DNA of 64,000 nt from Bacteroidota bacterium (GTDB lineage Bacteria; Bacteroidota; Ignavibacteria; UBA10030): contig JAKAJH010000005.1 in the NCBI GenBank assembly GCA_021813905.1, forward strand, positions 26,788 to 90,787, written 5' to 3'. Of the stretch, positions 1-9,252 are shown one piece after another. The notes beneath the pieces are model-generated. The model saw only the letters and a program-made list of their open reading frames with translations, was not told the DNA's origin and did not search any database. Both the position numbers and the translations under genes were made by a program. The first letter of the stretch is position 1; each line of letters begins with the position of its first letter.

Positions 1-465
1 CGTTGTCGCCGCCGCTGCCGACCAGTCATAATGCAGCGTCGTTGAATCGGGAAGAAAGCCGCTGTGCGCCACGACGCCGCGGACCCGCCCCGGCGACGCC
101 AGCGCCGTCGCGAGAGCCAGCATGGCGCCCATGCTGAAGCCGAGCAGATAGATGCGGCCCGCATCCGCAGGATGGCGCGCGCACAGATCGTCCAGCGTGC
201 CGGTGAGTCGCGCCGCGGCAAGCGCGAACTGCTCGTCATTCAGCATCATGCGCTCGTCCAGATCACACCAGGTGTATCCGCCGAACGCGAACGGCAACGG
301 AGCCCGCACGCCGGCGATGAGAAAGCGCGGATCGAGCGCCGGGACCAGGCCCAGCAGATCCTGCTCATCGCTTCCCCGCCCGTGCAAAAGGACCAGAAGC
401 GGGTGCGGTTGCGGAAGTGCCGAGCTCAGCGGCGCGAGGCGGACGAAGAGCGGTTCAGGGGGCAT
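1..465 (-). CDS. alpha/beta hydrolase, phospholipase/carboxylesterase family (3' end runs off window)
   Basis: Not in ORF track; manual translation from ATG at 465: MPPEPLFVRL...LLVLLHGRGSDEQDLL...IYLLGFSMGAMLAL...VVAHSGFLP (HGxG and GFSxG nucleophile motifs). Confidence 0.85.
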   Translation of the reverse strand, partial: MPPEPLFVRLAPLSSALPQPHPLLVLLHGRGSDEQDLLGLVPALDPRFLIAGVRAPLPFAFGGYTWCDLDERMMLNDEQFALAAARLTGTLDDLCARHPADAGRIYLLGFSMGAMLALATALASPGRVRGVVAHSGFLPDSTTLHYDWSAAAATT

Positions 466-581
466 AGGCGCGGTCCATACTGGTAATCTCTCCGCGGTGG
501 CACGGGTCGCGGAACCGTCCGCCGGCTCGGACCGTTCATCCCACAGGCACCCAACCACCGGCAATCCGGAGGACATCGAAA

Positions 582-776
582 ATGTACAGCACGCCACGAG
601 GAATCGCAAGTGCACACCGCCGATACGCTGTCGCCGCGCTGATCGTCATTGCCCTGACAGCAACGGACGGATGCAAGCAGAGTCCGACGGAACCGGCCGC
701 CGTCGGTGACACGATTCGCATCATCGGCTCCGGCTTCGGCCGGTCGGATCAGTTGCCCGTGCAGTGGCGGTCGTAG
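582..776 (+). pseudogene. probable truncated lipoprotein remnant (lipobox plus start of IPT/TIG-like domain)
   Basis: Hydrophobic stretch, then TDGC-KQSPTEP, then 'VGDTIRIIGSGFG'; the frame runs into the convergent brx gene. Confidence 0.4.
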
Positions 777-1171
777 GCGTCCGTCAGCTCCCGCGCGACC
801 TGTTCGACGGAATGGTCCTTGATCTGCGACCGGTGGATCATCGTGACGAGCTTGCCGTCTTTCATCAGCGCGAATGACGGCGACGACGGGGGCTGACCGG
901 GGAAGTATTGCCGGACCCGGGCGGTCGCCTCGCGGTCGGTGGTGGCAAAAACGGTCACGAGTTTGTCGGGCTTGTTCGGGTGATGGAGGGACTCACGCAG
1001 TGCCGGACGCGCCGTGCCGCTGGCGCACCCGCAGGTCGAGTTCACGACCACCAGCATGGTCCCTTTGGCGTGCGGAATGACCGCATCGACATCGGCCGGC
1101 GTGCGCAGTTCCTGTGCGCCGAGCTGAATGATGTCGTTCTTCATCTGCTGAACCAGATCTTCGAACTTCAC
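749..1171 (-). CDS. BrxA/BrxB family bacilliredoxin (YphP/YqiW-like)
   Basis: VVNSTCGCASGTARP (CGC motif) and PPSSPSFALMKDG; GTG start at 1171 after GAGGAGG RBS. Confidence 0.9.
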   Translation of the reverse strand: MKFEDLVQQMKNDIIQLGAQELRTPADVDAVIPHAKGTMLVVVNSTCGCASGTARPALRESLHHPNKPDKLVTVFATTDREATARVRQYFPGQPPSSPSFALMKDGKLVTMIHRSQIKDHSVEQVARELTDAYDRHCTGN

Positions 1172-1219
1172 GGGATCCTCCTCTTCACAACTGGCTCTCA
1201 GCACTGAAAACGAGACGCG

Positions 1220-1486
1220 TCAGGATTTTGTTCCCCGCCGGTCGGGCGGGTGGAATCCGCGGTAGGTATCGTAGCGGGAATCGTAGAACAGCAGCTGGAA
1301 CGTGCTGTCGCGCATCGTGCCGCCGGACGGATACAGATAGAAGACGGCGATGCGGGCCGTGGTGCGCGAAGACGGACGGTTCAGGTCGTCGGCGTAGAAT
1401 TTCAGGACGTAGTAGCCGTTGCGGAATTCCGCCGTCTCCAGCTGGGCAAGGACGTTCTCGTGCGAGAAGATGTGGGGGTCGTTCAT
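1220..1486 (-). CDS. hypothetical protein (88 aa)
   Basis: Compact ORF with protein-like composition, co-oriented between the groES-like and brx genes. Confidence 0.65.
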   Translation of the reverse strand: MNDPHIFSHENVLAQLETAEFRNGYYVLKFYADDLNRPSSRTTARIAVFYLYPSGGTMRDSTFQLLFYDSRYDTYRGFHPPDRRGTKS

Positions 1487-1502
1487 CGACGGCGAACGGG
1501 TG

Positions 1503-1898
1503 TTACTGTTCCTTCAGCAGATCGGTGATGGCGCCGCTGGGCCGCAGGATCATGAGGATCGACGAGTGCGGGACGATCAGATACCTCTCGCCGTCGTATT
1601 CCACCTCAATGCCGGCATCGCGCATGAAGATCGCGTAGTCGCCCTCCTCCGCCTGCAGGGGCAGGTATTTGACGGGCTCGCGCGGCGTGGTGGACCATGA
1701 TTCCTGATCCATGTACTGCGGGTTCGGCACGGCGTATCCCGGCCCCACCCGGATCACGTACCCGCTTTGCACCTTGTCCTTTTCCTTCACTCCCGGCGGC
1801 AGGTACAGCCCGTGGGTCGTGCGATCCGCGTCCTTGTCGGGTGCGATCAGCACTTTATCCCCCACCAGAATGATCTTCTTCCGGGAATTCAGATCCAT
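1503..1898 (-). CDS. stand-alone co-chaperonin GroES family protein
   Basis: VGDKVLI...GLYLP...GYVIRVGPG...EGDYAIF...EVEYDGERYLIV; ATG at 1898 (ORF-track extension to 2492 is spurious). Confidence 0.88.
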   Translation of the reverse strand: MDLNSRKKIILVGDKVLIAPDKDADRTTHGLYLPPGVKEKDKVQSGYVIRVGPGYAVPNPQYMDQESWSTTPREPVKYLPLQAEEGDYAIFMRDAGIEVEYDGERYLIVPHSSILMILRPSGAITDLLKEQ

Positions 1899-2027
1899 CG
1901 TCAGCGCTCCTCGTCCTCGCATGCAAGATAGAGACATTTGCCGTGCGGTGCAACGCGAACGCATCCGCGCGTTGACGGTGCCGAGCTTTTTCCCTATGTT
2001 ATCGCACACTGTTGAAAGGATCCCTCG

Positions 2028-2939
2028 ATGCGCCGCGTCGTTTGCTCGCTGTTCGCCCTTTCCCTTCTTGCGCTGCCGTTGAGCGCTCAACGTCATGATC
2101 CGGATCTGCAGGCGGGTCTGGATTCGCTTGCGGCGGGGTTTCACGGCTCGGCCGGCATCTTTGTGCAGCATCTGAAACGTGATGTCGTTGCATCCGTCAA
2201 CGCCGATTCTCTGTTCCCGACCGCAAGCATGATCAAGGTCCCGATCATGCTGACGCTCTTCGACCGCATTGCGCGCGGCGAGCTGAAGTACGACGAGACG
2301 ATGGTCTTTCGCGACTCGCTCCGCTATGACGACGGGATCGTCGGCAGTTTCCGCGACAGCACGCGCATCCCGGTCAGCGAGCTCGTGACGCTCATGATCT
2401 GTTTCAGCGACAATACCGCGGCCCTCTGGCTGCAGCAGCTGGCGGGAACCGGCACGCGCATCAACGAGTGGCTGGAGACGAACGGCTTTCATCAGACGCG
2501 GATGAACTCCCGCACGCCGGGACGGCAGGCGATCTGGGAAGTGTACGGCTGGGGGATGACGACGCCGCGGGAAATGGCGACACTGCTGACACGGATCAAC
2601 GAAGGGACCGCCGTTTCACCCGCCGCGGGCCAGGAGATGCAACGCGTGCTGGGCACGATCTATTGGCGGGACGAAGCGCTCTCCCAAATCCCTCCCTGGG
2701 TCTCGACGATGTCCAAGCAGGGAGCGGTGGATGAATCGCGCTCCGAGGTGGTGCTGGTGCATGCGCCGTCGGGGGATTACGTCTTCAGCGTGATCACCGC
2801 GCATCAGCAGGACACGAGCTGGACGCCCGGAAACGAGGGATACCGGCTGATCCGGGGTGTTTCGCGCTACCTGTGGCAGACGTTCGAGCCGTCGGCCCCG
2901 TGGTCACCGGTCCCTGATCAGGGGATGTGGCTGAAGTGA
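2028..2939 (+). CDS. secreted serine hydrolase, class A beta-lactamase-like (Beta-lactamase2/PBP-A-like)
   Basis: Signal peptide; FPTASMIK (SxxK), SDN, SKQG in the KTG position; no ExxLN omega-loop motif seen. Confidence 0.85.
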   Translation: MRRVVCSLFALSLLALPLSAQRHDPDLQAGLDSLAAGFHGSAGIFVQHLKRDVVASVNADSLFPTASMIKVPIMLTLFDRIARGELKYDETMVFRDSLRYDDGIVGSFRDSTRIPVSELVTLMICFSDNTAALWLQQLAGTGTRINEWLETNGFHQTRMNSRTPGRQAIWEVYGWGMTTPREMATLLTRINEGTAVSPAAGQEMQRVLGTIYWRDEALSQIPPWVSTMSKQGAVDESRSEVVLVHAPSGDYVFSVITAHQQDTSWTPGNEGYRLIRGVSRYLWQTFEPSAPWSPVPDQGMWLK

Positions 2940-2975
2940 TGCGGCAGAGGGGACGGATCCTGCATTTGAGGGGCA

Positions 2976-3200
2976 ATTCAAAATTTGAGATGAGAAGGGC
3001 AAAAGGGAGTATCATGAGCGAAACCCTCACTCTTCTCATCTTTCCCTTCTCTCGTCTTGAATGAACAGTCCGCGGACGAAGAAACGTCACTTCCTCGGGG
3101 AACAGTTCAAACATCAATATGAAAGAGTCAACGGGGGTCGTTCCGGGAGACTCTCTCCCATGATTGACTGTTCCTTTTTCATTTCGACTATTGAACTGTT
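2976..3200. repeat. two adjacent imperfect inverted repeats with purine-rich/pyrimidine-rich arms
   Basis: ATTCAA... at 2976 pairs with ...TTGAAT at 3062; AACAGTTCAA (3101-3110) pairs with TTGAACTGTT (3191-3200); lies between convergent genes. Confidence 0.6.
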
Positions 3201-3202
3201 TC

Positions 3203-6200
3203 CTATCTTCCTTCCACCGCCTTGAAGGGATACTTCGGAGGCGGAGGAGTCTCGACCGGCTTCAGCTTGATCTGTTGCTGCAGATAGTCGATCGCCGCGT
3301 CCAGCTGAGCATCCGATCCGCCGTACGTCGCATGCGGCAGATTGTCCACAATGATGTCGGGATCGACGCCGTGGCCTTCGATGAGCCACTGTCCGTCCGG
3401 ACCGTAGACGCCGGTTTCCGCCGCTGAGGCGATTCCGCGGTCCACCAGGAAATTGCTGAAGGACAGCCAGATCTCGCCGCCCCATGTGCGCGTACCGATC
3501 ACCTTTCCGAGGCCCAGCCGTTTGAATCCTTCCGTGAAGGCCTCGCCGTCCGACGCCGTGAACGCATCGCACAGCACCACCACGTGGCCGCGGAAGGCGT
3601 ACTGCATGTTCCAGGTCGGATGGCCGACGCGTCCCTTCCAGTAGAACCACGCTTTGCGCAGCAGTTTCTCGAGGATCCAGCTGTCGATGTTCCCGCCGCG
3701 GTTGTGGCGCACATCCACGATCAGTCCCTGCCGGTTGAAGACCGGATAGAAATTCTCCACCCACGACGTGTAGTCGCCGCCGCCCATTGCGCGCAGGTGT
3801 ACATAGCCGATCTCGCCCTTGCCTTTCGACTCCACCTCCATCCGCCGCGAATACTCCCAGTCGTCGTAGCGCAGGTTCCGTGCCGTGCCGGCGCTGATCG
3901 GCTTCACGATCACTTCCGACGAGGCGGATGCACCCGATCGTCGCACCTTCAGCAGCACCTGCTCGTTCGTCTGATTGCGCAGGAGCAGATCGGCGGACGG
4001 GACGGAAAGCGTGGGTGTGCCGTTGATCGCTTCGATCACGTCTCCGTCGTGCAGGTTAATGCCCGGCCGCGCCAACGGGGAGCGTTCGTCGATGTTGTCG
4101 GGTTCGGACCGGTAGATGTGCACGATCCGGTAGCCGCCGGCCTTCTCATCGCGGGCAAGCATGGCTCCCAGCGAAGCGAGCTCGATCGGATCCTGGCCGC
4201 GGCGAACATCCCCGCCGACCACGAAGGTGTGCAGGGCGGAGAGTTCGCTCACCACATCCGCGATGAGGTCGTTCAGCTCATCCCGATCCGTCACCCGATC
4301 GACCAGCGGAAGGTGCCGGTTCAGGATCTCTTTATAGTCCACGCCGTGGAGGTGCGGATCGTAGAAGTAGTCGCGCTCCAACCGCCACGCTTCCTTGAAC
4401 ATCTGACGCCACTCAATGCGCGGGTCGACGGTGAACTTCCACGCGCTCAGGTTGACTTTTGCTCCGCCAAGGTCGGACGGCGCCGAGGCCCCGGCGTCGA
4501 AGACGTAGAAGTCCTGGCCTTTCTGGACCATCAGTTTCTTTCCATCCGGTGTCAGGCGGTACGTCCGCACATCCTCCATCACCGTTTTGGTTGTGATCTC
4601 CTTGTTCTTGATCTCGAGCGCGCCGAGCTTGACTTTCGAATCCGTCCCGACGGGCCGTTCGAGCCAGAAGAGGTACTTCTCGTTCATGGTCAGAGCGCGA
4701 TAGTTGCCCGCAGCCACCGGCACTTCATACACGCGCTCCCCGATGCGGTTGAGATCGATCGTCACGCTGACCGACTTGTTCTCGTTCTTCTTCTCCTTGT
4801 CCTCCCCTTTTCCTTTTTCCTTTTCACTCTTTCCCTGCTTTTCCGCCATCAGTTCATCATTCGGCGCGAACGGGAAGCGCAGATCGGGCGTCAGCGCCAT
4901 CGCGTAGATCTTCGTCGTCCGGTCGAAGAACGGCTCCGGCTGACGGGCTCCCCACGGTGAGCTAACGAGCGATTCGAACTGCCGGTCCGACAAAAAGTAC
5001 ATCCACTTCCCGTCCGGGCTCCAGACGGGGTTGTCGCTGTCGACCCGATCGTCCGTGACGTATGTATTCGTGTTGTCCTTGATGCTGTAGATCGCGATGC
5101 GGGAGAAGTCGTTGGCAACTCCGATGCTGTACGCGAGCCACTTGCTGTCCGGGGACCAGGCGAGGTTGTCCGGCGGACCCGATTCGGATGTCGCCACCAG
5201 CACGGCTTTGCCCGTCGCGACATTGTGGATCCAGAGTTTGTTGTTCTTGTCGTTCGAGGCGATCCAGGCGCCGTCCGGGGACGGAATGCCGTCGTAGCGG
5301 AAGATCGTGCCGTCTTTGCTGATTTGCGACGCCGACCCGATGCCGTTCGCGGGGATCTTCCAGAATTCCAGCTCGCCGCTTTCGTCGGACAGCGTCAGCA
5401 GTGATTTTCCGTCGGGCATGAATTGCGCGTTCCGGTAGCGCACGTTGTCGTCCGAGGTCGCGCGCACAAAGCGCCCCTGCTGTGCCGGCGCCACGAATAC
5501 CTGCCCGCGGGCGGTCAGCACGATCCGGTCGCCGTCGGGCGACACGTTCACCGACGTGAGATAGTCCATCGGCTTCGTCACCCACTTCTCACGCATCTGG
5601 TCGAAGTCGGACGAGAGCGTGATCGGCACGAGTTTGTCGGTGGATGCTGCGATGTCATACACGTGGATGTCCGCACCGATCTGGTACGCAATGCGCCCAT
5701 TGTCGAGCGACGGGGATTTGACGTCGAAGCCTTTGTGGAACGTCAGCTGGCGGAGGTCCTTGCCCTGCGGATCCATGGACCAGAGATTCATGGTGCTGTC
5801 GCGATCGGTCACAAAGTAGATGCGGCCGTTCCACCACATCGGATTCTTGCTTGTGCCCGGGAAGTCGGCGGTCAGCGGCACCGCTTCCGGCGCACCGGTG
5901 TCGTACATCCAGATGTTCTGCGCGGTGCCTCCCTGGTAGCGTTTCGTGTGACTTCCCTGGAACGGATAGCGCGTGAAGCACAACTGCTTTTGCGAGGGAT
6001 CATAGCTGCCGTCGCTGGCCTGACTGAGCGGAATGAGTTCGGAGGAATTCGTGGACAGATTGAAGGTCGCGAGCTGTGCGTCCGGAAGCGTCGAATAGTG
6101 CCCGGTCGCGTAGAGGATTCGTCCGTCCGGTGTCCATCCGACCACCGTGGTGTTCTCACCTTCGAACGTGCGGCGGACCGGGAGGCCGCCGTCGGACGGC

Positions 6201-6472
6201 ATGGTGTACACCTCCCGCGGGCCTTCGTACGATGCGGAGAACGCGATCGTTTTTCCGTCCGGAGATATCGCGGCATTCGATTCCACGCCGGGAGCCGACG
6301 TCAACCGACGCGCCACGCCCCCCTGGGCGTTGACGATCCACAGATCGCCTTCCGCCGTGAAGACGATCCGGTCACCGTGGATTGCCGGAAAGCGATAGTA
6401 GCCGGGCTCCGCGGCCAGAATGGTGCCGGTGATGAGCAAGAGCAGCGACGCGACAACGCGGATGGACTTCAT
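3203..6472 (-). CDS. tricorn protease homolog (peptidase S41, beta-propellers plus PDZ)
   Basis: YYRFPAIHGDRIVFTAEGDLW N-terminus, PD40 repeats, DVRHNRGG, TASDGE, GTRTWGG, IEGHGVDPD. Confidence 0.95.
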   Translation of the reverse strand: MKSIRVVASLLLLITGTILAAEPGYYRFPAIHGDRIVFTAEGDLWIVNAQGGVARRLTSAPGVESNAAISPDGKTIAFSASYEGPREVYTMPSDGGLPVRRTFEGENTTVVGWTPDGRILYATGHYSTLPDAQLATFNLSTNSSELIPLSQASDGSYDPSQKQLCFTRYPFQGSHTKRYQGGTAQNIWMYDTGAPEAVPLTADFPGTSKNPMWWNGRIYFVTDRDSTMNLWSMDPQGKDLRQLTFHKGFDVKSPSLDNGRIAYQIGADIHVYDIAASTDKLVPITLSSDFDQMREKWVTKPMDYLTSVNVSPDGDRIVLTARGQVFVAPAQQGRFVRATSDDNVRYRNAQFMPDGKSLLTLSDESGELEFWKIPANGIGSASQISKDGTIFRYDGIPSPDGAWIASNDKNNKLWIHNVATGKAVLVATSESGPPDNLAWSPDSKWLAYSIGVANDFSRIAIYSIKDNTNTYVTDDRVDSDNPVWSPDGKWMYFLSDRQFESLVSSPWGARQPEPFFDRTTKIYAMALTPDLRFPFAPNDELMAEKQGKSEKEKGKGEDKEKKNENKSVSVTIDLNRIGERVYEVPVAAGNYRALTMNEKYLFWLERPVGTDSKVKLGALEIKNKEITTKTVMEDVRTYRLTPDGKKLMVQKGQDFYVFDAGASAPSDLGGAKVNLSAWKFTVDPRIEWRQMFKEAWRLERDYFYDPHLHGVDYKEILNRHLPLVDRVTDRDELNDLIADVVSELSALHTFVVGGDVRRGQDPIELASLGAMLARDEKAGGYRIVHIYRSEPDNIDERSPLARPGINLHDGDVIEAINGTPTLSVPSADLLLRNQTNEQVLLKVRRSGASASSEVIVKPISAGTARNLRYDDWEYSRRMEVESKGKGEIGYVHLRAMGGGDYTSWVENFYPVFNRQGLIVDVRHNRGGNIDSWILEKLLRKAWFYWKGRVGHPTWNMQYAFRGHVVVLCDAFTASDGEAFTEGFKRLGLGKVIGTRTWGGEIWLSFSNFLVDRGIASAAETGVYGPDGQWLIEGHGVDPDIIVDNLPHATYGGSDAQLDAAIDYLQQQIKLKPVETPPPPKYPFKAVEGR

Positions 6473-6539
6473 GCGGATCTCCTTGGGCGCAATAGATGGG
6501 AGACAAGGTAGTAAGACGAGGGGCGAAGGGCAACTGCGG

Positions 6540-6640
6540 TGAAGTTCGAGGGACCAAATCCGACATCCGAAGGAATTGCGAAAGTCGAAGCACGAAACAT
6601 ACGATTCAGATGCGTTCTCCGTTTCGGATGTCGAGTCTAT
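6540..6640. repeat. REP-like degenerate heptamer (AAATCCG/AAGTCG) element
   Basis: Shares GGACCAAATCCGA (6551-6563) with 7928-7940. Confidence 0.5.
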
Positions 6641-6644
6641 TCTC

Positions 6645-7835
6645 TTACGCGATCTTCGCGATCTCCGTCGCCAGCGTGACCACCGTGATCTCGGACCGTG
6701 CCCCGACGCGGACGGGCGGACCCCAGTAGCCGGTTCCCTTGCTTACATAGATCCACGTGCCACGGTGGTTGTGCAAACCGCGAATGTACGGCTGTCCCAG
6801 TGTTGCCAGGAGGTTCCACGGAATGAACTGCCCGCCATGCGTGTGACCGGTGAGCATCACGTCCACGCCGAGGTCCGCGGTCTGCTCGAGCGTGCGCGGC
6901 TGGTGCGCCAACAGAATGCGCGGCATGTTGCCCGGAGCTCCCTCGAGCGCCTTTGCGGGATCGGAGCGGTGACTCGGGAGGAACTGTCCGCCCGTATAGT
7001 CGGTGACGCCGGCAAGGACGAATGCGTCGTCTCCGCGCTCGATCAGAACATGTTCGTTGAGCAGCACCGCGTACCCGAGCCGCCGAGCCTCCTCGACCCA
7101 TTGTTCCACGCCGGAGTAATATTCATGATTCCCCGTCACAAAGAACTTTCCATGCGGAGCGTCGAGTTGTCCGAGCGGCTCGACATCGTTGCGCAGTTGC
7201 GCGACCGATCCATCCACCATGTCGCCCGTGAACGCGATCAGATCGGCCTGGAGGCCTTTTGCTTCATCCACCACCGACTCGATCCAGTCACGGTGGATCG
7301 TCAACCCTGCATGCACGTCGGTGATTTGTACGATGCGAAATCCGTCGAATGCCGCGGGCAGATTCCGCACCGGGAGCGTCATGCGGACAACGTCCGGCCG
7401 CTTGCGCGCTTCATAAACGCCGTAGCCGGTCAGCGCGCCCGCCGCGCCCATCACGCCCAAATTCGCCGCCTGTATCAGAAATCGGCGGCGCGCCGGATCC
7501 GCGGGCGGATCAGCGGCCGGCCGGACACGCACCGGAAGGCGTTTCATCAGTCCGAATCCAAGCGCGAGTACATCCCGCACAACCAGCAGTGTTACGGTCA
7601 GCGACAGGAATCCGAGCGCAATAAAGGCGACCCACGCGAGCGGGATTGTCCACGCGCCCCCGCGTCGGATGAGCACCATTGCGACAATGGGGAGTATCAT
7701 CACCAGCGCCAAGGTGATTCGGGCGGCGATCCGGCCAACCTTTGGCAGTTGAAACGGTGTGATCAGCCGCCGGCTGACGTAGAAAATCCCGCCGCCGAGA
7801 AGGACGAGAGCGATCAATGGCCAGAGAAAAGTCAT
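6645..7835 (-). CDS. membrane-anchored metallophosphoesterase (YkuE/YaeI-like)
   Basis: N-terminal TM helices; motifs TDVH, GDMVD, GNHE, AHQP, GHTHGGQ. Confidence 0.92.
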   Translation of the reverse strand: MTFLWPLIALVLLGGGIFYVSRRLITPFQLPKVGRIAARITLALVMILPIVAMVLIRRGGAWTIPLAWVAFIALGFLSLTVTLLVVRDVLALGFGLMKRLPVRVRPAADPPADPARRRFLIQAANLGVMGAAGALTGYGVYEARKRPDVVRMTLPVRNLPAAFDGFRIVQITDVHAGLTIHRDWIESVVDEAKGLQADLIAFTGDMVDGSVAQLRNDVEPLGQLDAPHGKFFVTGNHEYYSGVEQWVEEARRLGYAVLLNEHVLIERGDDAFVLAGVTDYTGGQFLPSHRSDPAKALEGAPGNMPRILLAHQPRTLEQTADLGVDVMLTGHTHGGQFIPWNLLATLGQPYIRGLHNHRGTWIYVSKGTGYWGPPVRVGARSEITVVTLATEIAKIA

Positions 7836-7914
7836 ACGCTGTTCCAATACGATTGCACAGGGAGATCGGGCATCAGCGCTCCGATTTCATCTTCGCTCGC
7901 CTGACGCAATGGAA

Positions 7915-8025
7915 TGAGAAATCCGAAGGACCAAATCCGAAACTCGAACGAATCTCGAGGCACGAATTCCCAAACAGGCGCATCAATTGTCCCTCCGCGT
8001 GCGCGCTTCGTATTTCGATCTTCTT
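7915..8025. repeat. REP-like degenerate heptamer element
   Basis: GAAATCCGAAGGACCAAATCCGAAACTCGAA...TTCGTATTTCG; similar to the 6540-6640 and 8288-8340 tracts. Confidence 0.5.
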
Positions 8026-8035
8026 CGGCAAGACC

Positions 8036-8128
8036 GGGATAAGAGAACCGGGGAAGCCAGCCCACGACGGTACACGTGATAAAATACCATGATCCATCCT
8101 CGACGAATCGGTATCGATCTCGAGCCAT
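8036..8128 (-). pseudogene. N-terminal fragment of REP-associated tyrosine transposase (RAYT, Y1/IS200-like)
   Basis: MARDRYRFVEDGSWYFITCTVVGWLPRFSYP after GAAGGGGG RBS; similarity stops before the HUH motif. Confidence 0.7.
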
Positions 8129-8164
8129 GTCGTTCCCCCTTCTGCGGACATGTGGAACAGTGAA

Positions 8165-8189
8165 CGCTCCCAAACGGAGTTTGGGAGCG
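8165..8189. repeat. REP hairpin
   Basis: Perfect 10-bp stem CGCTCCCAAA-CGGAG-TTTGGGAGCG just upstream of the RAYT fragment. Confidence 0.7.
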
Positions 8190-8349
8190 AGATTACACGG
8201 TGACCATGGTAGCAGATTCGATTCAGAGATGCAACGGGGGGAACTTCGAATGACGGAAGAACCAATCTACCGGGCACTGCGTCCTTTAATTTCGATTTTC
8301 GCGCTTCCTTCGTGCTTCGAAATTCGAACTTCGAATTTCCTCCCCGGCC

Positions 8350-9252
8350 TTACTTGCGCAAAAACGTTCCTTTCTCGAGCTCATCGAACGCCTGCCGCAG
8401 CTGTTCCGGCGTGTTCATTACGATCGGTCCGTACCATGCCACCGGTTCTTTCAGCGGCTGGCCGGAGACCAGGAGAAACCGGATGCCTTCCTCGCCCGCC
8501 TGCACCGTCACTTCGTCGCCGCTGTCAAACAGGATGAGCGACCGGTTGTCCGCCTCCGGAGAATTGTAGATCGTCGCGCCATCCATCTGCTCGGTCGCCA
8601 CCGGTCGCGGACCCGAGGCATTCGAGAAGCGTCCCGAACCCGCGAAAACGTACGCAAAGGCATGCCGGGTGGTCTCTACCGCCAGTGCTTTCTTCTTGTG
8701 CGGCGGAACGGAGACGTCCAGATATATCGGATCGGCGGCAATGCCGTCCACCGGGCCGCGCGTCCCCCGGAAGTTGCCGCACACAATCCGCACGCTCGTG
8801 CCGTCATCATCCGTCACCACCGGAACGTCCTTCGCCTTCACTTCCTGGTACCGCGGATCGGTCATCTTGAGAGACGCGGGAAGGTTCGCCCAGAGCTGAA
8901 AGCCGTGCATCTTCCCCTGCGCGTCGCCCTTCGGCATTTCCTGATGGATGATGCCGCTTCCCGCCGTCATCCATTGCACGTCGCCGGCGGAAATGACACC
9001 GCTGTTGCCGATGCTGTCGCCGTGCGCCACCTCTCCCGCCAGCACGTACGTGATCGTTTCGATTCCGCGGTGCGGATGCCAGGGAAATCCGGCCAGGTAG
9101 TCCGCCGGAACATCATTCCGAAAGTCGTCGAGCAACAGGAACGGATCAAAGTCGGACGTATTCCCGAAGCCGAACGCCCGGCGCAGATGCACGCCGGCCC
9201 CCTCGAGCGTGGGCTTTGCCTGAATGATAGACTTCACGGGACGGAGAGACAT
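8350..9252 (-). CDS. pirin family protein
   Basis: DPFLLLD, GFPWHPHRGIETITY, HGDSIG, QWMTAGSGIIHQE, GPIVMN. Confidence 0.95.
   Translation of the reverse strand: MSLRPVKSIIQAKPTLEGAGVHLRRAFGFGNTSDFDPFLLLDDFRNDVPADYLAGFPWHPHRGIETITYVLAGEVAHGDSIGNSGVISAGDVQWMTAGSGIIHQEMPKGDAQGKMHGFQLWANLPASLKMTDPRYQEVKAKDVPVVTDDDGTSVRIVCGNFRGTRGPVDGIAADPIYLDVSVPPHKKKALAVETTRHAFAYVFAGSGRFSNASGPRPVATEQMDGATIYNSPEADNRSLILFDSGDEVTVQAGEEGIRFLLVSGQPLKEPVAWYGPIVMNTPEQLRQAFDELEKGTFLRK

Noticed and set aside
2028-2939. Bona fide class A beta-lactamase resistance gene
   Set aside because: No Glu166/ExxLN omega-loop motif and KTG is KQG; more likely a non-resistance serine hydrolase
7470-7500. RRRFL twin-arginine-like motif in the metallophosphoesterase
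   Set aside because: Internal motif after TM helices is common in this family; not unusual
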